Of a stretch of 64,000 nt of DNA, positions 31,873-38,734 are shown piece by piece; the stretch's first letter is position 1; each line of letters opens with the position of its first letter. The translations under genes and the position numbers were made by a program. This DNA is from an uncultured bacterium (GTDB taxonomy: Bacteria > Zixibacteria > MSB-5A5 > CAIYYT01), in assembly GCA_963726455.1 (NCBI GenBank), contig CAVSCK010000005.1, forward strand, positions 288,001-352,000. The letters are read 5' to 3'. Under the pieces are notes generated by a model that had not been told where the DNA came from, did not search any database, and saw only the letters and a list, made by a program, of their open reading frames with translations.

Positions 31873-32045
31873 TAAGTGTGAGCAGGAGGGTAGTCATTCT
31901 CGAAGATTGTTCTATCCACTGCCCCGTCCTCACTCCAAGAGTCAGTCCAGAAATGCTCTGTTGTTAGCGAAAGGATACACACTAACGCTGAATTAGCTAA
32001 AGTTTGTCATATTTTCAAAACCCATACCTTTACAAGGAGTCCAGA

Positions 32046-32345
32046 ATGAGGTGTATGAGACTGGTCGCAGTCCTGTTGGCTGCGCTATTTGTGCTGAGCG
32101 CCGTCGGTCCCGTGTTTGCGGGGGATGGTCGCTTTCTTGCCCACATCGAGCAAACTTTTAGAGATCACCCCTGGCAGGATGACAACTCAAAGGACGGCAA
32201 GCTCAAGGTGAAACCGTTCACGTTCGTGCTCGGTCCGTGGGTCATTAACATTAACTATTCGTTGAACTTGACCGCGCAGAAGGCGGCGCCGTCCGTCCCG
32301 GCCAAAGTTAAACCGACCACAACTAAACTGGAAAAGGCCAAGTAA
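32046..32345 (+). CDS. Small Sec-exported protein, candidate signalling-peptide precursor (DHPWQDD)
   Basis: AAGGAG RBS, signal peptide MRCMRLVAVLLAALFVLSAVGPVFA; stop 1 nt before the regulator ATG. Confidence 0.7.
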   Translation: MRCMRLVAVLLAALFVLSAVGPVFAGDGRFLAHIEQTFRDHPWQDDNSKDGKLKVKPFTFVLGPWVININYSLNLTAQKAAPSVPAKVKPTTTKLEKAK

Positions 32346-32346
32346 G

Positions 32347-34551
32347 ATGAGTAAAGCAGTCGCACATAGTACGGTTGCGATACTCGTCGAACTGCGTCAA
32401 TACATTGACGACGGTCTCGTTCAGGAAGCTGCCCAGCGGGTAGCCGAACTGGAACAGGCCGGAATCGTCATCGATAGCAAGATTGACAAAGCTCGTTATC
32501 TCGCCCTGAAAAGCGAGATACATTACCGTCGAGCCGAATACAGCAAGGCACTGTCCGAGGCACAGGAAGGATTGGCTCTGGTTAAGACAACCGGAGAGAA
32601 TACCCTGATTGCCGAGCTACAGTCCACGGCTGCCCAAAGTCTTACGGAATTGGGCAGAATCGGCGAGGCGGAGAAAGTATATCGCGACCTTGTTTCGACC
32701 TACCGGCGTCTGGACAACACGGTGGGAATTATCAGAAGTTTGAATCGTCTTTCCCGCGTTTATTTCATCAAGAGCCAATTCGACAAAGCGGTTGAGTGCC
32801 TATTGGAGGCAGGCGATTACGCCCGCCAACATGATGACCGCAAGTGGTTGGCTAGAACCAAAGGCAACCTCGGCACCATCCTGAATCTGACTGGGGAATT
32901 CCATAACGCTATCGAGTTTCTGAATGATTCGGCGGCGCTGAACAGATCGCTGGATGACCGCCTGAACCTTTGCAGAACACAGCTTTCGCTGTCGTTTGCG
33001 CAGATGCATGTACGTGATTACGCCTCAGCACAGAAGAGTCTGGCGACCGCTTCGGCGCTGATTGACAGCGGCGATTTTATTGCTGAGCGGGTCACCCTCG
33101 ACCAGTATCGTGCGCAACTGGCGCTTTTGAGATCGGATCCCGAAACCGCGTTGACATACGCGCAATCTGGGTTGCAGCGTGCGTGTGATGCTACGCGTGA
33201 GGGCGCCTCAGTCTGCCAACTTGAGCGACTGATCGCCGAGGCCTACTACAAGTCAGGCGATCTTGGGTCGGCGAAGGAATCGGCTCGTGTGGCACTTTCA
33301 CAGGCAGCCAAACTGGATCAGAAGGCCGAAATCGGCGCCTGCCATCGTTTGCTGGCACTCGTGGCTTCCGACGAAAATCGTTGTAGCGACAGCGACAAGA
33401 GCTTTGCTCAGGCAATCGCGCAATTGACGCAATGTGGCGCGCGGTTTGAGCTGGCTCTGACATATCTGGCCTGGTCGCGTCTGACCGCAGATAACAATAC
33501 CGCGTCGGAGTATCGCTATCTGGCTACCGGCATCCTGTCTTCGCTCAAGCTGTACGAGCTCTACTTGCGGCAGCCGCGGGTGAAGAGTTCTCAAGACCGC
33601 GACGAGGTAGCGCTGGTCGGCGAGGATCAGCAATTTCTCGAGCTTGTGCAACAGGCCCAGGTTTGCGCCGACAGCGATATCCCGGTGCTGTTACTCGGTG
33701 AAACGGGAAGCGGTAAAGATCAGTTCGCGCGCTTCGTACACTATCGATCAAAGCGGCGGAAACAAACCCTGGTTCAGGTAAACTGCGCGGCGATTCCGCT
33801 TGAGCTTGCCGAATCAGAACTCTTTGGCTACGAAAAAGGCGCCTTCACCAATGCGTCAGAGTCAAAGACCGGTCTGATCGAGGCAGCGGATGGCGGCACC
33901 TTGTTCCTGAACGAAATCGGTGACCTGCCGTTGAAACTACAGGCCAAGTTGCTGGCGGCATTGGAGGAGAAACGGTTCTTTAAGCTCGGCAGCACGGCCC
34001 CTCGGCGCGTCGACTTCCGTCTGGTAGCAGCGACGAACGTGGATCTGCTGCAAGCGGTGCGCGATGGAAGGTTCCGGTCGGATCTTTACTATCGACTCGC
34101 TGTCATGACGCTGAATGTCCCGAGACTGGCGGATCGTGGCAATGATGCTTTCCGGCTGTTCCGGCATTTCATGGAGCTGGAGCAGATTGAACTCGACAAT
34201 GTCAATCCGGCGATCATTAATTCTTTGCAGCAGACTTGCAGCCGCCATGATTGGCCCGGCAACGTGCGCGAGTTAAAGAATCACGTTGAACTCTTCAGCT
34301 TGACCGAGCGGCGTGATCCCGAACGTATTTGCCGCCGTCTGATCGCCAAGTTGACCCCAAAGGAAGCTGCCGTCGTCCAACCGGCAACGCAACTGACTTT
34401 GACCGAGGAGTTGGAGCTTCTGGAGAAATCCCGAATCGGCCAAGCCCTTGGCAGTTGCGGTGGAGTGATCCGGCGCGCGGCGAGTTTTCTCGGATTGCCC
34501 GAGGCAACACTGCGGTCAAAGATGAAGAAATATCGGATGAGCGCTGCGTAA
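32347..34551 (+). CDS. TPR-domain sigma54-dependent transcriptional activator (bEBP)
   Basis: ~400 aa TPR array; GETGSGKD, VNCAA, ESELFGYEKGAFTNA, FRSDLYYRL, WPGNVREL; C-terminal Fis-type HTH; no receiver domain. Confidence 0.92.
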   Translation: MSKAVAHSTVAILVELRQYIDDGLVQEAAQRVAELEQAGIVIDSKIDKARYLALKSEIHYRRAEYSKALSEAQEGLALVKTTGENTLIAELQSTAAQSLTELGRIGEAEKVYRDLVSTYRRLDNTVGIIRSLNRLSRVYFIKSQFDKAVECLLEAGDYARQHDDRKWLARTKGNLGTILNLTGEFHNAIEFLNDSAALNRSLDDRLNLCRTQLSLSFAQMHVRDYASAQKSLATASALIDSGDFIAERVTLDQYRAQLALLRSDPETALTYAQSGLQRACDATREGASVCQLERLIAEAYYKSGDLGSAKESARVALSQAAKLDQKAEIGACHRLLALVASDENRCSDSDKSFAQAIAQLTQCGARFELALTYLAWSRLTADNNTASEYRYLATGILSSLKLYELYLRQPRVKSSQDRDEVALVGEDQQFLELVQQAQVCADSDIPVLLLGETGSGKDQFARFVHYRSKRRKQTLVQVNCAAIPLELAESELFGYEKGAFTNASESKTGLIEAADGGTLFLNEIGDLPLKLQAKLLAALEEKRFFKLGSTAPRRVDFRLVAATNVDLLQAVRDGRFRSDLYYRLAVMTLNVPRLADRGNDAFRLFRHFMELEQIELDNVNPAIINSLQQTCSRHDWPGNVRELKNHVELFSLTERRDPERICRRLIAKLTPKEAAVVQPATQLTLTEELELLEKSRIGQALGSCGGVIRRAASFLGLPEATLRSKMKKYRMSAA

Positions 34552-34567
34552 CTATTCGCGTAGTGCG

Positions 34568-34662
34568 CGCGAACTATCGCGATTGGCGTAAGCTCCTGAA
34601 AAATCAGGAGCTTACGCAATCAAAAGCCGGTTCGCGATCAAATCGGCGCGCGAAATTCCGCG
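34568..34662. promoter_or_regulatory. Candidate upstream activating sequences plus IHF site
   Basis: CGCG-N6-CGCG at 34568-34581 and 34649-34662; 14-bp inverted repeat 34586-34617 containing AATCAGGAGCTTA (matches WATCARNNNNTTR). Confidence 0.5.
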
Positions 34663-34794
34663 CAAGAAAAGACAGGTGCGTTGATTTTCTGGACTCATTA
34701 ATCAAAAGGGGGCTTGCACCTCTCTTTTCTAACCCAACTTGTTACAACTGATTAAGTCCTATCCCCCAATCCAGCACGACATTCAGGTATTTCT

Positions 34795-34810
34795 TGGCAG
34801 AGCGGTTGCT
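34795..34810 (+). promoter_or_regulatory. Sigma54 (-24/-12) promoter
   Basis: TGGCAGAGCGGTTGCT matches TGGCA-N6-TTGCW with exact GG-N10-GC spacing, directly downstream of a bEBP gene. Confidence 0.8.
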
Positions 34811-34820
34811 TTACGTCTAT

Positions 34821-35035
34821 GCGTCGTGATAAGTAACGACAGCTCCAACACGTTTGGGATGGTACCTTTCTTCGGGAGCGAGGGTTGAGGGGATGTCGAA
34901 TCCGCCTGGTTATGCTCGGCCAGGCGGATTCAAATTTCGGGTAGGTCAAGAGAACTGATATCTTAATTCGCCCACTTCTCGATTACGTTCGCTTCAGGAA
35001 GCCCGGCCGCCAAATCGGCGGCCGGGTTTCTGTAT
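34821..35035 (+). ncRNA. Candidate sigma54-dependent small RNA (or 21-aa peptide mRNA)
   Basis: Lies between the sigma54 promoter and a terminator; hairpins at 34823-34840 and 34898-34931 (12-bp perfect stem); longest ATG-initiated ORF I found is 21 aa. Confidence 0.5.
34998..35035. terminator. Intrinsic terminator, probably bidirectional
   Basis: GAAGCCCGGCCGCC-aaatc-GGCGGCCGGGTTTC followed by TGTAT. Confidence 0.7.
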
Positions 35036-35054
35036 GATTGGCAGAAAACGATCG

Positions 35055-37736
35055 TCAGATCTTGAGATTGATGCTGGCGGAAAGTGCGGCGTTAATGCGC
35101 GCCAGCGAGTCCTCAAGGTGTCCGCGCGTTATCGTGTCGAGCGTTCCGCTGGTGAGTGCATTGCTGATGGCGCCCTTCAGCGTGCGCAGGTCGACTCGAG
35201 CGAGTGTTTTGGCATCCTCAGGGACAGGTAGTTGCGTATTGGTCACCATGTCAACGAGAATGTCCAGATGGGCACGCTGCAGATTGCGGCGCATGCTGTT
35301 GACGTTCTTGCCGGCACTGACCTCCGACCAGACTGCGCGCCTGACGTCCTGAAACACATCGGTCATGGTATACACATCCTGGCCCTTGCCGTAGCGCATT
35401 TCGATATCGACCAGACGGGCAAGCGTGATCGGATTGTAGATGTGGTTGAAAGGCGTCCGCTGTACGAGCAATGCCTGGTCATGCAACGGGTAGTCGATCC
35501 TGAGAGTAGTCCAGGCCGAACCCATGAAATCGGAGTTCTTCTCGTTCTGCAGTTTGTTCAGAAACTCAGGAGAAAACTTGAATGCATCGGCTGACCAGAT
35601 GTTGTCGATAATAAACTTCATCGCCTCGCGCTGTTTGGCGGCCGGTACCGGCAAAAACGGCGATCTGCCATTCGGGTCACCGACATGGTCGCGGAAGTTT
35701 TGGATGCCGCCGATGAAGCGGGCAACGTTGTTCGCCGACAGCGAGAAACTGCTCCAGCCATAGGCAAATACCGTCCGCAGTTTGCGATAGTTCTGCCCCG
35801 GCTTTTCGTAATCCTTCTCAATCTTCGACCACAGCTCTTTGGAAAGGTCGACGCGACGTTGCCAGAATTGCAGCGGGTCGGCCGCCAAGTCGCCTTGAGT
35901 TACGTACGGGTCGATTGCGCGCGAACTGTTTCCGAAACAATCCTCGTCGGTGCCGTAGGCCAGCAGCGGTTCGGCAACGCGGGACGCGATCTTTTCCAAA
36001 CCGGCCTTCTCCGCCGGTGGATTGGCGGCGTCAAACGGCGTGTAACCATACTGGATTGTCCAGACGTCCCAGGGTCCAACCTCGGTGTTAAAGAAATCGG
36101 ACTGTGGCTTGCCGGCAGCCGCAATGTTCGGCGGCGTGTATTCCATCACCGTATTGACCACACCATTCTTGGTGACAAATGCGGGGTCGTCCAATTGCAC
36201 CTCGGTATAGACCGTCGACGCTTTGAAATTGTGCCGCAGTCCCAATGTGTGACCAACTTCATGGCAGATCATGTCGTGCAAGTACTGTTTGACATACTTC
36301 TGGGTGATGTCCGACTTGCCTTCCAGCGAGCTGCGCGCTTGCAGGAAAGCGAGCCCTGCTGCTGCCGATTTTGAGGTTTCTTCGGCGTAGTCGCAGACCT
36401 TCTCCCAATTGAAATTGCCGCCGGGAAGATCATTGATGCTGATCTTCTGAGTGCTCTGCTCGTTGGCGCTGGTGTTGCCAACCGGTTCGAGGAAGTTATC
36501 AGCGTAAGCGAAGATATTACGCAGCGTGTTGGCAACGACCATGATATCGGCGTCATAAATTTGACCGGTATACGGATTGACCCGCGACGGACCGACAGCG
36601 CCGTAAGTCTGCGCCGGCCAGATGCACCAGCGGATCACATTAAAGCGAACGTCTGCCGGATCCCAATCGGCGGTATCCGGCATCTCTTTGACGACAATCG
36701 CGTTCTTGAATCCGGCCGCTTCAAAGGCCTTATTCCAGGCCAGCACTCCTTCACGCAAGGCGTCGCGATATTCAACCGGCGTCGTGTTCTCAAGCCAGAA
36801 AACTATCGGTTCCTTCGGCTCGCTGAGAGCCGCTGCCGGATCCTGTTTTTCCAGATTCCAGTGATTGATGTAACGAACGTACGGCGTTTCAGTCGCAAGA
36901 TCGGAATAGTCCTGATAAATCGTCTGGAAAAAGCCGATCCGGTCATCCGCGGCGCGCGGATGGAAATCTCCCTGCGGTAATGCCGAAAGCGAGTAGTGAT
37001 AGGTCAGGAAGAAGCTGTACGGCGACGTCAGCGTAATGCCGCCCGCCGGCTTGTCGGAATGGTAATGCAGAACCACATCAATTTCGCTGTTCAGGGGAAA
37101 CGATTTGACAGTCCCAAAATTGGAGTTGTCCTTGTCGAATCGGAATCCCGTTTTGCCTTCGCTCCCCAGGAAATAACCAATGTTCTCGACGTCGGTGACC
37201 AGGATACTTGACGGGTCGATCAGAATTGCGCCCGAGGAATCAGGAGTGGACAGTACTACCGTGCTGCCGAGCAATCCTTGCGAAATTGAACGCGCCAGCG
37301 ATTTCGACAGTTGGGCCGTCGTGTCGGCGCGCAGACGCGCATTAGTCTGCAGAAACTGAATCTTCTTTCCGACCTGTTTGAGCTCAATCAGAAATTCATC
37401 CCGCATGACGGCGCCTTCTTGAAAAGTGCCGTCACCGGCGGTGCGCGTGATACCGCACATATACTTGGTGCCAAACTGGCTTGGCTTGACTGCCATCAGC
37501 ACCTGCAGGTCTTTCTTGTTCACATAGAAATCGAACAGACCGGGTACTTTGTCGAAGCCCTTGATCACTTCGGCAAACGGTTTCTCGGTGTCTTTCTTGC
37601 CGGCGGACGCAGCCGCGCCGACTTTCTGTTTCTTCTCTTTCTGCTTTTCCCAGTATCCCATGGCTTGAGAATTCGCAACCAGGAATAGAGAAATACCGAA
37701 TGCGAGAAGCGTCAACGTTAGCGTTAGACGACGCAT
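35055..37736 (-). CDS. Secreted zinc-dependent metalloprotease (metzincin; DUF5117/DUF4953-type)
   Basis: Signal peptide; PR.ADDRIGFF, W.LEK.DP...SEP..PIVFW, HEVGHTLGLRHN, Met-turn TVMEY. Confidence 0.88.
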   Translation of the reverse strand: MRRLTLTLTLLAFGISLFLVANSQAMGYWEKQKEKKQKVGAAASAGKKDTEKPFAEVIKGFDKVPGLFDFYVNKKDLQVLMAVKPSQFGTKYMCGITRTAGDGTFQEGAVMRDEFLIELKQVGKKIQFLQTNARLRADTTAQLSKSLARSISQGLLGSTVVLSTPDSSGAILIDPSSILVTDVENIGYFLGSEGKTGFRFDKDNSNFGTVKSFPLNSEIDVVLHYHSDKPAGGITLTSPYSFFLTYHYSLSALPQGDFHPRAADDRIGFFQTIYQDYSDLATETPYVRYINHWNLEKQDPAAALSEPKEPIVFWLENTTPVEYRDALREGVLAWNKAFEAAGFKNAIVVKEMPDTADWDPADVRFNVIRWCIWPAQTYGAVGPSRVNPYTGQIYDADIMVVANTLRNIFAYADNFLEPVGNTSANEQSTQKISINDLPGGNFNWEKVCDYAEETSKSAAAGLAFLQARSSLEGKSDITQKYVKQYLHDMICHEVGHTLGLRHNFKASTVYTEVQLDDPAFVTKNGVVNTVMEYTPPNIAAAGKPQSDFFNTEVGPWDVWTIQYGYTPFDAANPPAEKAGLEKIASRVAEPLLAYGTDEDCFGNSSRAIDPYVTQGDLAADPLQFWQRRVDLSKELWSKIEKDYEKPGQNYRKLRTVFAYGWSSFSLSANNVARFIGGIQNFRDHVGDPNGRSPFLPVPAAKQREAMKFIIDNIWSADAFKFSPEFLNKLQNEKNSDFMGSAWTTLRIDYPLHDQALLVQRTPFNHIYNPITLARLVDIEMRYGKGQDVYTMTDVFQDVRRAVWSEVSAGKNVNSMRRNLQRAHLDILVDMVTNTQLPVPEDAKTLARVDLRTLKGAISNALTSGTLDTITRGHLEDSLARINAALSASINLKI

Positions 37737-37848
37737 GAAGATTTCCTCCGTTGAGAGTTAGGAATTATTTCTGAGTTCTTTATTATCCAATTGGTGTCGG
37801 GTAGCTTCGCAGTCACAAGATCAAACAGTAGTAAATAGGTCTGTAAAC

Positions 37849-37877
37849 ATTCTAATGGATTCGCCGGGCAATGTCAA
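37849..37877 (-). promoter_or_regulatory. Sigma70 promoter of the metalloprotease gene
   Basis: Minus strand TTGACA-N17-TAGAAT. Confidence 0.6.
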
Positions 37878-37996
37878 AGGCCATTTGAATTGCTCGTAGT
37901 GGGCACAACTACACACACTTAAATACTACGGAAAACTGGAGTATCGGTTTTGGGAAAGTGTCGCCCGTGCCGACCAGGATTTGGAGGGCAACCACC

Positions 37997-38674
37997 TTAT
38001 TTGCGGGCTGAGACGAACACAGTATCGGTTTCACAGAGTTGATCTTCGGCCATTTCGGCCCGGAACTCAGCCAAGCGCGCTGGCCAGTAGTCCCTGCGCC
38101 GGCTTTGAGAAGCAAAATGCTCCCAGGGCTCAAAGAAGTAATCAAAAGCTACGAGCTTGTCAGATCTCACTATCTCTACTGCGAATCGCATCCCGCGATC
38201 GCACAGACGCGCCGAGAGAAGTTCAGGTGTGACATATTTGAAGAGGGGATAGCCCACCTCCGCCTGCAACGCCAAGAACAGTTCTTGCGCCTTCATCGTG
38301 CGGCGTTTGGCATCGCTGCGCGGATCGTCAAGCGGCTCCTCGATCAGAACTTCTGATCGCGACACCCGAATAATCTCGTCGAGCGCCTTCTGCCATTCGA
38401 ATATGTGATGAAGTGTTGCCCTTACGACTACCAAGTCGAAGGAGTCGGCGTCGAATTTTAGTTCCCGCGCATCCATACACCGATAATCAACATTGGGATG
38501 GTCGTTTCCAGACCGGCAGCGTTGCACAAGCTGCTCAGAAACCTCAATTGCGGTAATTTGTCCACAGTGGGGGGCCAACTGCGAAGTAAACGAACCACAG
38601 CCACAGCCGATGTCAAGCACGCGATAAGGTTTGAGTTGCTTGACGCGCTCCAATAGCGGTTCATATTCTGACAT
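37997..38674 (-). CDS. Class I SAM-dependent methyltransferase
   Basis: VLDIGCGCG, MDAREL.F...SFDLV, LHH. Confidence 0.85.
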   Translation of the reverse strand: MSEYEPLLERVKQLKPYRVLDIGCGCGSFTSQLAPHCGQITAIEVSEQLVQRCRSGNDHPNVDYRCMDARELKFDADSFDLVVVRATLHHIFEWQKALDEIIRVSRSEVLIEEPLDDPRSDAKRRTMKAQELFLALQAEVGYPLFKYVTPELLSARLCDRGMRFAVEIVRSDKLVAFDYFFEPWEHFASQSRRRDYWPARLAEFRAEMAEDQLCETDTVFVSARK

Positions 38675-38692
38675 GGTCACCCATTTTGAAGA

Positions 38693-38720
38693 TGTCCCCT
38701 CTCTTCAAAGAGAGGGGACA
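38693..38720 (-). terminator. Hairpin after the Omp85-family gene
   Basis: TGTCCCCTCTCTT-ca-AAGAGAGGGGACA. Confidence 0.5.
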
Positions 38721-38734
38721 ATAAGCAGCTAGTC

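Noticed and set aside
34752-34949. 65-aa minus-strand ORF in the sigma54 promoter region
   Set aside because: TTG start, no recognisable features, and it overlaps the promoter and hairpins on the other strand.
34821-35000. CsrB/RsmZ-type sRNA based on GGA motifs
   Set aside because: Only about five GGA in ~200 nt, near chance, and not clearly in hairpin loops.
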